Shown one piece after another: positions 27,100 through 36,094 of a DNA stretch of 47,443 bases. The position numbers were made by a program, and so were the translations under genes. The notes under the pieces are model-generated. The model ran no database searches and was not told where the DNA came from. It worked only from the letters and a program-made list of their open reading frames with translations. Positions within the stretch are counted from its first letter, which is position 1; the number at the start of each line of letters is the position of its first letter. This stretch comes from Methanobrevibacter sp. (GTDB lineage Archaea; Methanobacteriota; Methanobacteria; Methanobacteriales; Methanobacteriaceae), in the NCBI GenBank assembly GCA_030539935.1, contig JAUNXF010000003.1, positions 1 to 47,443 of the forward strand, written 5' to 3'.

Positions 27100-27822
27100 A
27101 TGAATCTTGAAGATACAATATATAAAAGACAATCTATCAGGTCTTATGATAGCACACCACTTGACAATCAAACACTTGATGAAATAAGGGAGTTTATAGA
27201 TAATGCCAAAGAGTTAAACCCTAATATAAAATGGAGCTATGAAATTCTTCCGACTGAAAATATCTCTACAATGATGAGATGGAAATCCCCTCATTACATA
27301 GCCATTTTTTCCGAGAAGAAGGAAAATTACTATCAAAACATTGGGTTTATCTTTCAACAGGTCGATCTGTTTTTACAAAGCAAGGGGATTGGCTCTTGTT
27401 GGATAGGAATGGGAGATCCTAAAAACTATAAAAATCCGCAAAAGGACCAAAAATTCATTATTATAATGTCTATTGGCAAGTCTAAGGGAAATATCTACAG
27501 AGAAAGAAATCAGTTTAAAAGAAAAGACCTTGATGCAATATCAGATAAGAGTGATGAGAGACTGATTCCAGCACAATTTGCACCTTCCTCTGCCAATACC
27601 CAGCCATGGTATTTTGTACATGATGAGGATGGAAGCTATGATTTATATAGGATAAAACGTGGATTGCTTAGAAATAAGATGTTTGGAAAATGGAATAAGA
27701 TAGACACTGGAATAGCTTTGGCACATCTTTATGTGGCTAATCCTGATAGCTTCAAGTTCTACCAAAAAGACAATCCTGAGGAATTAAAGGGACATTTCTA
27801 TGATGGAAGTTTTGAGATTTAA
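27100..27822 (+). CDS. Nitroreductase-family protein
   Basis: IYKRQSIRSY, GIGSCWIG and APSSANTQPW motifs. Confidence 0.88.
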   Translation: MNLEDTIYKRQSIRSYDSTPLDNQTLDEIREFIDNAKELNPNIKWSYEILPTENISTMMRWKSPHYIAIFSEKKENYYQNIGFIFQQVDLFLQSKGIGSCWIGMGDPKNYKNPQKDQKFIIIMSIGKSKGNIYRERNQFKRKDLDAISDKSDERLIPAQFAPSSANTQPWYFVHDEDGSYDLYRIKRGLLRNKMFGKWNKIDTGIALAHLYVANPDSFKFYQKDNPEELKGHFYDGSFEI

Positions 27823-27867
27823 TAGCTATTTTTAACTCTTCTCAACCTTTCTCTAATCTTGTTATAT

Positions 27868-28539
27868 TTACCATAAATAAGGAACTAACTTATATTTTAC
27901 CTTTTCCTTATACTCCTTATATCCATCTAATTCCTTCTCTAAAACCTCTTCTTCATTACTTATTCTAAATATGATAATTATTGGATAAACCAGCATCACA
28001 ATAAATGATAATATTGAGTCTAGCACTAATGGCATTGACAGGAATAAGAATATTGTAGAAGTGTACATAGGATGTCTAACAATGCCATATAGGCCTGTAT
28101 CAACCACTTTTTGATTTTCACTCACTTCAACTGTACGTGAAAGGTAAGCGTTTTCCCTGAGAACTTCTGCATACATGGCATAAGCAATCAGGAATATGAT
28201 TGAAGCCATTATTATTGCTATTGTTGGAAGCTTGAACCATCCAAACCTAAAGTTAAGCCCAGCTAGTATAAAGGCAAGCAGAAACATTATTCCGCTAAGC
28301 AATAGGACCAATTTCTGTTCCTCTTCCTCTTCCTTTGCATTCAATCTTCTTCTTAAAAGGTCAGGTGCCTTAATGAACATTATGGTTCCGGCAATGAACA
28401 TTGGAATAAAGAGCAATGCTATAAACAGCCATCCATTTGGATAATAAATTGTTCCTGCAGGAACAAAAAGAAGTATGCATATGATTATAAGGCCAATAAG
28501 GAATTTGCTCAAGGCTTGTAGAAATAGTTTTGTATCCAT
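27868..28539 (-). CDS. Isoprenylcysteine carboxyl methyltransferase (ICMT/PEMT) family membrane protein
   Basis: Multiple TM segments; QKVVDTGLYGIVRHPMY and EEEVLEKELDGYKEY. Confidence 0.85.
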   Translation of the reverse strand: MDTKLFLQALSKFLIGLIIICILLFVPAGTIYYPNGWLFIALLFIPMFIAGTIMFIKAPDLLRRRLNAKEEEEEQKLVLLLSGIMFLLAFILAGLNFRFGWFKLPTIAIIMASIIFLIAYAMYAEVLRENAYLSRTVEVSENQKVVDTGLYGIVRHPMYTSTIFLFLSMPLVLDSILSFIVMLVYPIIIIFRISNEEEVLEKELDGYKEYKEKVKYKLVPYLW

Positions 28540-28673
28540 CATATCACCAAAATTTACTTTACAATAATTCTTTATTTTTTCATTATAATAAGTTTTGAGT
28601 TTTTGTGGAATGAATTATATATTTTTAGGATAAAATATATCTATAAGTATATTCAATGATTTAACTGATTCTT

Positions 28674-29684
28674 ATGAAGTGGAAAATTGGAAATGTTGAA
28701 ATTGATAATCAAATAGCTTTGGCCCCTATGGCTGGCGTATGTGACTTCAGCTTCAGAACCATTGTCAAATCAATGGGATGCGGGCTCATTGAAACGGAAA
28801 TGTTTTCAGACAAGGCAATTATGTATGGCAATTGGAAAACCAGGGAAAAGCTATACATGACTGATTATGAAAGGCCTATTTCCCTACAGATAGTCGGATC
28901 TGATTTGGAGTCTCTCACTTTCGCTTCAAAATATGTTCAAGACAATACAAATGCAGATATAATTGACATTAACATGGGATGCCCTGTGGTAAAGGTGACA
29001 AATCGGGGCAAGGCAGGCTGTTCATTGATGAGAGACCCCCAAAAGGTAAAGTCTATTGTAGAATCTATTGTAGATATTGTAGACATTCCCCTAACTGTAA
29101 AGATACGGAGCGGTTGGGATAAGCAAAATATAAATGCAGTTGAAATAGCTGGAATTGCAGAAGATGCAGGTGCATCAGCCATTACAGTTCATCCACGTAC
29201 AAAGGACCAAGGATACTCCGGCAAGGCAGACTGGTCTATTATAAAAGAAGTGAAGGATAATGTAGGCATTCCAGTAATTGGAAATGGTGATGTGAAATCC
29301 TGTTTTGATGCAAGGGATATGCTTGATGAAACTGGCTGTGATGCAGTCATGATAGGCAGGGCGGCACTCGGCAATCCATGGCTAATCAGGGATTGTGTAA
29401 ATTATCTTGAGGATGGAACACTTCCGAAAGAGGTTACAATGGAAGAAAGAATGGAAGTGCTTAAAAGGCATATCAATCTTCTTGTAGAAAGAAAGGGAGA
29501 AGATTTTGCAATTCCAAAGATGCGCTCTCAAGCTGCATATTATGTTAAGAAATTGCCTAGAACAATAGAACTGAAACAGCAAATATTTAAAATGAATACA
29601 AAGGATGACCTGTTCAATCTATTGGATGATTATGCAGATTCAATGAAAAATAGTCAAAGTAGTGATTATAGTAAAAATCAATAA
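28674..29684 (+). CDS. dusB: tRNA-dihydrouridine synthase, DusB-like
   Basis: LAPMAG, DINMGCP, TVKIRSG, GNGDV and VMIGRAALGNPW motifs. Confidence 0.88.
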   Translation: MKWKIGNVEIDNQIALAPMAGVCDFSFRTIVKSMGCGLIETEMFSDKAIMYGNWKTREKLYMTDYERPISLQIVGSDLESLTFASKYVQDNTNADIIDINMGCPVVKVTNRGKAGCSLMRDPQKVKSIVESIVDIVDIPLTVKIRSGWDKQNINAVEIAGIAEDAGASAITVHPRTKDQGYSGKADWSIIKEVKDNVGIPVIGNGDVKSCFDARDMLDETGCDAVMIGRAALGNPWLIRDCVNYLEDGTLPKEVTMEERMEVLKRHINLLVERKGEDFAIPKMRSQAAYYVKKLPRTIELKQQIFKMNTKDDLFNLLDDYADSMKNSQSSDYSKNQ

Positions 29685-29721
29685 AAAAAGAAAATGTATC
29701 CGAAAACAAACCATAAAAATA

Positions 29722-29787
29722 TTTTGGTCAAGGTTTTTGAGCCGAAGGCTCAAAAAGCTTGGGTCGAAAGCTTGGGTCAAAAGCTTG
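29722..29787. repeat. Palindromic element plus 13-bp tandem repeat between convergent dusB and mmp11
   Basis: TTTTTGAGCC-GAA-GGCTCAAAAA hairpin; (A/G)AAAGCTTGGGTC units at 29753, 29766 and 29779 (partial). Confidence 0.8.
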
Positions 29788-29789
29788 TA

Positions 29790-30728
29790 CTAGTAGTATA
29801 CCTTAACCGCCTCATCAACATCATCATGCAAGCCAAGAGCTGCAAGTGCACCCACTTTCCCTTGATCTCCTGTAACTGCAATCAATGGAATATCAAGTTC
29901 TTCCGCTAGCTTTTCAGCAGTTTCAACATCCATCATGCCTGTTTTGGTAGCCATTGCATATTCTCTAAGCTTAGGTGGGATTCCTATTCCTTCAAGAATG
30001 GCTATTGCAGTCTTGTCGGATAATGTGTCATGCTTTAGGATTTCGATAAGCCTGTTGATCAGTCTTTCCTTGTCCTCAGCCATTACTGCAAAGGTAAGTG
30101 CTATGGAAACGCAGTTTTGAGTCTTGTGAGGATTATGTGGGAAGAGCTGTACGATAATATGGTCAAGATATTCGAATCCTTCCTCTTTCAATTGAAGGCC
30201 AATGTTGTGGGCCATGGTCCAGGTTGCTCCTGCGTCCTTAACATCTGTGTCATCAATACCGATAACTAATTTTTCATATTTTGGAGTCACTACAGTAGCC
30301 TTTCCTTCCTTGCTGCCTCCTCCAACTTCAAGAAGCTCAATGTATTTCACACCTTTACCCATTCCTCTGCACATGCCGGCACCTACACCAGCACCTGCAA
30401 GGCCTCCATGGGTAACCTTGACTTCATTAGCTTCATCATCAATCACAACTTCTTCGATTCCAGCAGCATTAATACTTGCCTTAAGGTCTATTGGCTTTTT
30501 GCCAACTTTACAAAGGTATGTGTGCTTGTTCCCATCTCTTTTGGCATCTATGATAAGTTCACTGCTGTGTTTGTATTGGTAAAGCAGCCAGTTGGAACCG
30601 CTAGGGCATGGGTGGTATTCAATAAGTTCTACTGTATCTCCATCAGCCATGGTTATGACTTTTTCATATGGAGCAATCCATGGGTCATCAAATTTTTCTT
30701 TTAACTCTTCAGGTTTTAAGATTTCCAT
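29790..30728 (-). CDS. mmp11: Methanogenesis marker protein 11
   Basis: HGGLAGAGVGA, IGIDDTD, GATW and VQLFPHNPHKTQNC motifs. Confidence 0.85.
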   Translation of the reverse strand: MEILKPEELKEKFDDPWIAPYEKVITMADGDTVELIEYHPCPSGSNWLLYQYKHSSELIIDAKRDGNKHTYLCKVGKKPIDLKASINAAGIEEVVIDDEANEVKVTHGGLAGAGVGAGMCRGMGKGVKYIELLEVGGGSKEGKATVVTPKYEKLVIGIDDTDVKDAGATWTMAHNIGLQLKEEGFEYLDHIIVQLFPHNPHKTQNCVSIALTFAVMAEDKERLINRLIEILKHDTLSDKTAIAILEGIGIPPKLREYAMATKTGMMDVETAEKLAEELDIPLIAVTGDQGKVGALAALGLHDDVDEAVKVYY

Positions 30729-30850
30729 ATTATCATCTATAATAATAAGCTTTAAAAAATAATGAATAACTAATGTCTTTTAGTATGTATAAAAAAAGTA
30801 TTTAAAGAATTCAGATGAATTCTTCAATGATTATTTAATTGATTTTAAAT

Positions 30851-31282
30851 TTAAATGTCCTGTAATCTGTCACACATTTTAACAGCTGCTTCAACAGCAT
30901 TTTTACCATAGGTAACTCTTCTGTGTGCATCTAATCTGGTCATTCCAGGACCGCTGATTCCAAGGGAAATAGGTTTGCCCCATTCTAAGGACAAGTCAGC
31001 TATTTTACGGGATGCATGTTGAGCTACAATTTGGTCATGGTCGGTTGCGCCTTCAATAACAGTACCAAGGGTGATTATACAATCAAGGTCAATTTTGCCT
31101 TCTTGATCTGCTTCAGTTAATTTTTTGATTGCAAGTGGCATATCGAATACGCCAGGCACCATAACAATTTTAGTAATTTCACAGTCGCGAACTTTAGCTT
31201 CTGCCTTTGCAAGTTCCAACATCATGTGAGTTATATCATAATTAAATTCTGCAACAACTGCACCTATATTATATTTTACCAT
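30851..31282 (-). CDS. ribH: 6,7-dimethyl-8-ribityllumazine synthase, archaeal type
   Basis: VVAEFN, VPGVFDMP, VIEGATDHD and KPISLGISGPG motifs; GGAGG RBS. Confidence 0.92.
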   Translation of the reverse strand: MVKYNIGAVVAEFNYDITHMMLELAKAEAKVRDCEITKIVMVPGVFDMPLAIKKLTEADQEGKIDLDCIITLGTVIEGATDHDQIVAQHASRKIADLSLEWGKPISLGISGPGMTRLDAHRRVTYGKNAVEAAVKMCDRLQDI

Positions 31283-31424
31283 TTTCTAATCCTCCGATTA
31301 ATAATATTCTTATAATTTTGAATTGATTTTTTAATTATTATATTTTTAAAAATTATTAATTTTATTTTTTAAAATTTCACAATACCATCATCAATTTAGG
31401 CTTTCCATCTTCAATCTTATCAGT

Positions 31425-31511
31425 TCACATCACCATAACGATAAAACTAGCAACCGCACTGAAAACCATAATAAAGATAATAAATAATGCTGCAAGTTTA
31501 ACTGTTTCCAT
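31425..31511 (-). CDS. Small single-TM peptide (28 aa), not in the ORF track
   Basis: AAGGAGA RBS followed by METVKLAALFIIFIMVFSAVASFIVMVM*, translated by hand. Confidence 0.55.
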   Translation of the reverse strand: METVKLAALFIIFIMVFSAVASFIVMVM

Positions 31512-31720
31512 TTTAAATCTCCTTTTTTTAGATAAATAAAATTTTTATAATTTTAATCTTATAATATTCTTATATATTATTGTAATTATTTATAAATGTT
31601 TTATTTTATTTAAGTTTTTATTATAAGTTAGGAATTTTTCAATTTAGGTTTTTATTATAAGTTTAGGAATTTTTCAATATTCAGGATTTTTAAGTAAAAT
31701 CTTATGAATTATGAACTTTT

Positions 31721-32716
31721 TCAATATTCAGGATTCTCCTTTTTAAACTCATCATAATTGTCATACCTTAAAACATCCAAGAAGAATTTTTTCTTCTTAG
31801 GACCTAGATTATCCAGATAATCCTGATAATATTCTGTCTTTCTGATTTTTTCATAATCCTCTTTTATTAAATTGAAAAGAGATTCCTTGGCATCCTCTGT
31901 AATGTCCATCAATGCCATTCTCGGACCATTTATCTTGTAGGCCAAAAGGTCGAACTTATAATCCTCATAGAATCCATTGTCTATAAATCTTCTCATAAGC
32001 TCACATCCTGCCTCAACTGTATCCAAGTAGTTGGCATCTACAACATGGGTTATTGAAGCATTATGCTTTCTTCTGTAATAGAAATGCCTTCGGATGATTG
32101 AAATTCTCTCTGCCTTAAGGTAAACATAAAAGAAGAAGGGCATGTCTTCAAAATATATTCCTTCAGGAAAGCTTGCATCAATTGATTCTAGAAAAGTGTT
32201 TCTATAAATTTTTTGGCAACTGCTTACTGACAGGTCAAATAGGAAATCCTTTGTTTTTTCAGGGCTGAATACGACATCATCAAAGCTTTCATCAAGATTG
32301 TTTAGATTAAACCAGTCATTTTCATATGTTCTTCCGGTTTCATCATCGTAATTTATCATTTGATACATTGTAATGTCTGTATCCTTAGCTTTTGCCTCAC
32401 TGTAAGCTATTTCGAAGGCATCTTCAGTAAACCAGTCATCAGCATCGAGGAAAGTGACATATTCCCCAGCAGCCATTTTCATGCCTTTGTTTCTGCTTGC
32501 ACCTAAACCGATGTTTTCCTGGTCTATGACTTTAATTCTTGAATCATCCTTTGCATAATCATTGATGATGTTTAGGGTATTGTCACTGGATCCATCGTTG
32601 ATGATTATAATTTCAATGTCTTCAAGCGTTTGATTTTTCACGCTTTCAATAGCTTTTCCAATGAATTTCTCTTCATTGAAAGCAGAAAGAATAACAGATA
32701 TTTTTGGTTTAGTCAT
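31721..32716 (-). CDS. Glycosyltransferase family 2
   Basis: ISVILSAFN, INDGSSD, FLDADD and FEDMPF motifs. Confidence 0.9.
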   Translation of the reverse strand: MTKPKISVILSAFNEEKFIGKAIESVKNQTLEDIEIIIINDGSSDNTLNIINDYAKDDSRIKVIDQENIGLGASRNKGMKMAAGEYVTFLDADDWFTEDAFEIAYSEAKAKDTDITMYQMINYDDETGRTYENDWFNLNNLDESFDDVVFSPEKTKDFLFDLSVSSCQKIYRNTFLESIDASFPEGIYFEDMPFFFYVYLKAERISIIRRHFYYRRKHNASITHVVDANYLDTVEAGCELMRRFIDNGFYEDYKFDLLAYKINGPRMALMDITEDAKESLFNLIKEDYEKIRKTEYYQDYLDNLGPKKKKFFLDVLRYDNYDEFKKENPEY

Positions 32717-32745
32717 TTAATCACTTTCAATCTTTTCAATTATTG

Positions 32746-34350
32746 TCATTTGATTTTTTTCTTGGCTCTTGATTTGATGTTTTTTGCCTTGTATTTTGCC
32801 CAGCCTTTTGTTGACTTGACTTTTTTCATTTCCTTTTTAAGCTTTTCATTTTCCTTCCTTAATTTGGAAATTTCATCATCTTTCCTTTTCAATTCATTGT
32901 TCTTCTTCTTCAATTTAGAGACTTCTTCTTTTTCTTTTCTTAGTTTCTTATTTAAAACTCCTTTTTGGCTGTTCAAGCTTTCTATTACAGAATTTAATTG
33001 ATAAACGCGATTTTCCAAATAGTCCTCCACATTGCCATTTATGGAGTCGATGTCAATGTCTTCCTTATCCAAATCAATCTTATCTTTAAAAATGTCTTTT
33101 AAAGTGTTTAGGGAGGATTCATAGTCTGAAACATCAGATTTATACTTTAGGTCATAATGGCTCATGATGCTTCCCTTTTCATAAATTGCCCAAATGTCCC
33201 TTCCGCTTCCTAAGTAATCGGCTAATTTGGAAGGTAAAAATGGATTCTTTTCAAAATTGCCATATGTCTTCAAGTCATTGACTATCAAAACATCGAATTT
33301 GGTTGTCAAATTTAAAAATTCCAATAGCGGTGCCTTATCGTTTATGATGAAACTGTCTGCAAAATCCAAATCACTTATAATCCTTTTCAGTGTTTCCTTA
33401 TTCTGTGCAAATATATGGATTTTATATTTGCCTTTAAATTGAGGATTTAGGTATTGGAATGCATAATATACATTTTCCAAGTGTCTTTTTCCAAGATAGG
33501 TTCCAAAATATCCGAAGTTAATGTAATTTTCATCCACTTCATAATCAGATTCAACTATATGATAATACTCTTCATCTAATGTAGGATGATGGCTGACTCT
33601 TGATTTGGATTTTACAAGTTCTTTTGTTTCCGGATAAAAGTCTAACATCAATTCCTTCTGATTTTCATTGGTAAAGACAATTTCATCCGCAAATAGGAAA
33701 GGTAAGTATTCACAAAGTTGGAAAATTGTAAATTCCTCATCAATCATTCTCAAATCCAAATCTTTAAGGGCTGTTTGACCAATTCCCCCTTCATCTTCTT
33801 TGTTTCCATCATCATCATTAAAGTATCTGTCATAGTTTTTAGCATAATTTTTGATTTCATCATTGATCCTATCGATATATTCCCTATTTTTTACAAAAAT
33901 ATTGTCTTTTGGATTTCCTCTTTTTTTATTATCAATAGTAATGCTTAGCGGGTCTGAGAATTCTGCAGACCAAAATGTTTCATGGTGTTTTAATTTATAT
34001 TCCAATGCTAAAAAGTGAGATTCGTGGGACCCTACACGGCTATAAATTTTTTTATAGACCTTCTCTTTTTCAAGTATTTCCATTCCCTCTTCATTGAATT
34101 TTTCTATAGATGCCCATGTAGGAGAAACCTTATAGCTTTTGGTTTGGTATCTCTTGTTTGTAAACTTATCGACGACCTTATTGAAGTCCTCATCCAATTC
34201 CTCATTAAAATTTGGTCCTTGAATGGTGTCAACTATCTTCTCGCTTTTAATGAGTCTTCTTGCATAAACTACTCCACTAACACGTTGTGATGGAGGAAAT
34301 TTATAGCAAATCATCAATTCATCTACACTCTCTTCCTTTCCATTATTCAT
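32746..34350 (-). CDS. Glycosyltransferase-like (GT-B-like) protein with C-terminal coiled coil
   Basis: CYKFPP, AEFSDP, FGYFG and FLPSKLADYLGSG segments; Lys/Glu heptad-rich tail. Confidence 0.6.
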   Translation of the reverse strand: MNNGKEESVDELMICYKFPPSQRVSGVVYARRLIKSEKIVDTIQGPNFNEELDEDFNKVVDKFTNKRYQTKSYKVSPTWASIEKFNEEGMEILEKEKVYKKIYSRVGSHESHFLALEYKLKHHETFWSAEFSDPLSITIDNKKRGNPKDNIFVKNREYIDRINDEIKNYAKNYDRYFNDDDGNKEDEGGIGQTALKDLDLRMIDEEFTIFQLCEYLPFLFADEIVFTNENQKELMLDFYPETKELVKSKSRVSHHPTLDEEYYHIVESDYEVDENYINFGYFGTYLGKRHLENVYYAFQYLNPQFKGKYKIHIFAQNKETLKRIISDLDFADSFIINDKAPLLEFLNLTTKFDVLIVNDLKTYGNFEKNPFLPSKLADYLGSGRDIWAIYEKGSIMSHYDLKYKSDVSDYESSLNTLKDIFKDKIDLDKEDIDIDSINGNVEDYLENRVYQLNSVIESLNSQKGVLNKKLRKEKEEVSKLKKKNNELKRKDDEISKLRKENEKLKKEMKKVKSTKGWAKYKAKNIKSRAKKKIK

Positions 34351-34488
34351 TTTTTATCTCCAGAAATCTAAGTTTGGAATAGCTTCAGAATCTTGTGACT
34401 AAATCTTTAGGATTCTTTTTTATTTTTTATTTCAGAATCTTATGGGTATGGATCTTTAGGATTCTTTTTAATTTATTAATTTAAATGC

Positions 34489-35478
34489 TTATAATTCACT
34501 TATGACAGCTTCACACACTTCCATGGTTGATGAATTTCCTCCCAAATCAGGAGTAAGTGTTTCTGCCTTATTCAAGACTTTTAATATTGCATTGTTCAAC
34601 CTTTCTTCAGCTTCGAACTCTTCCAGATAATTCAACATCATGCAGGCTGAAAGCATCATTGCAAATGGGTTGGCTATTCCTTGCCCTGCAATGTCTGGTG
34701 CGGAACCATGGACAGGCTCAAACAATGCCCCATTTCCTCCAATATTTCCAGATGGAATCATGCCTAATCCGCCGACAAGTCCTGCTCCCTCATCAGATAG
34801 GATGTCTCCAAACAGATTGGTGGTGACAATGACTTCAAAGCTTTCAGGTCTTGTGATGAGATACATTGCAGTGGCATCCACATAGAAGTCTTCAGCCTCT
34901 ATTTCACCTTCATAATCCTTTGCCACCTCATAGAAGATCTCCCTGAATAGGCCATCTGTTATTTTCAGGACATTTGCCTTGTGAACTCCTGTAACTTTTG
35001 TCTTATTGTTGCTTTTGGCATATTGGAATGCATAATCTATAATGCGTTTCTCTGCTTTTTTAGTGATGATTCTTCTTGCTATTGCTCCCTCTTCTGTAAA
35101 TTCCTCTTCTTTTGCAATATACATTCCTTCAGTGTTTTCCCTTACAATCATAAAGTCAACATCTTCAAAAAGGGCATTTGTGTTGGGATAGGATTTTACA
35201 GGCCTTAGATTTGCAAATAAATTCAATTCCTGTCTAAGCCTTACAATAACATCTGCAGCTGTTTCTCCAGCAGCTCCAAACAAGCAAGCATCAGAATTCT
35301 TTGCAAGTTCAATTGTTTCTTTAGGCAAAGCCTCTCCATTATTCTTAAGACACTCGTCACCTGCTTCGCCATAAGTAAAATTAAAGTTGATTCCCAATGA
35401 TTTCAAGACAGTTATTGTTGCCTCCATCACTTCTTTACCGATTCCATCTCCAGGAATAACTGCAATATTATACATCAT
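34489..35478 (-). CDS. leuB: 3-isopropylmalate dehydrogenase (archaeal LeuB-type)
   Basis: PGDGIGKEV, RENTEG, HKANV, NLFGDILSD and EPVHGSAPDIAG motifs; follows leuC and leuD. Confidence 0.75.
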   Translation of the reverse strand: MMYNIAVIPGDGIGKEVMEATITVLKSLGINFNFTYGEAGDECLKNNGEALPKETIELAKNSDACLFGAAGETAADVIVRLRQELNLFANLRPVKSYPNTNALFEDVDFMIVRENTEGMYIAKEEEFTEEGAIARRIITKKAEKRIIDYAFQYAKSNNKTKVTGVHKANVLKITDGLFREIFYEVAKDYEGEIEAEDFYVDATAMYLITRPESFEVIVTTNLFGDILSDEGAGLVGGLGMIPSGNIGGNGALFEPVHGSAPDIAGQGIANPFAMMLSACMMLNYLEEFEAEERLNNAILKVLNKAETLTPDLGGNSSTMEVCEAVISEL

Positions 35479-35568
35479 TTAACCTCTTTCTCTAAATTAA
35501 TAATAAATTTAATAGTTTTTATTCATCTTTTCTCATTAGACAATTAATCTATTTTCTTCCATAGACAA

Positions 35569-36057
35569 TTAATCCAATTCATTCTTTTCTTTAAGATAAT
35601 TGATTAAACCGCCACATTCAAGAATCTCCAACATAAATGGAGGCAATTTTTTAAATTCAATCTCTTCACCGCTTTCAGAAATGATAATTCCCTTTTCCAT
35701 ATCCACTTCAATTTCTTCTCCGTCTTCAATAAGTTCTGAAACACCCGGTGCCTCTAAAAGGGGAACTCCCACATTTGTTGCATTCCTATAGAAGATTCTT
35801 GCAAATGATTCGGCTATTACAGCAGAGATTCCACATCCCTTAATGGCTATTGGAGCATGTTCTCTGCTTGAACCACATCCAAAATTGGTTCCTCCAAGAA
35901 TGAAGTCTCCCATATCAACCTTTTCCTTAAAATCCAAAACCAGTCCTTCCATGCAATGTTCAGATAGCTTTTCCTCATCAGTGTAAATCAAATATCTTCC
36001 TGGAAGAATAATGTCTGTATCAATGTCGTTTCCAAATTTCCAAACCTTTCCTTTCAT
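35569..36057 (-). CDS. leuD: 3-isopropylmalate dehydratase small subunit
   Basis: DIDTDII and NFGCGSSREHA. The loop YLIY resembles isopropylmalate isomerase YLVY rather than homoaconitase YLRT. ATG 36057 follows a GGAG RBS. Confidence 0.8.
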   Translation of the reverse strand: MKGKVWKFGNDIDTDIILPGRYLIYTDEEKLSEHCMEGLVLDFKEKVDMGDFILGGTNFGCGSSREHAPIAIKGCGISAVIAESFARIFYRNATNVGVPLLEAPGVSELIEDGEEIEVDMEKGIIISESGEEIEFKKLPPFMLEILECGGLINYLKEKNELD

Positions 36058-36094
36058 ATTATTACTCCATCTGCCAAGTAATTTTCCTTTTGCC

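Noticed and set aside
29694-29909. 71-aa plus-strand ORF over the palindromic element
   Set aside because: It overlaps mmp11 antisense, lacks an RBS and mostly translates the repeat.
31425-31427. Selenocysteine readthrough of the microprotein TGA
   Set aside because: No recognisable archaeal SECIS hairpin nearby and no redox motif context.
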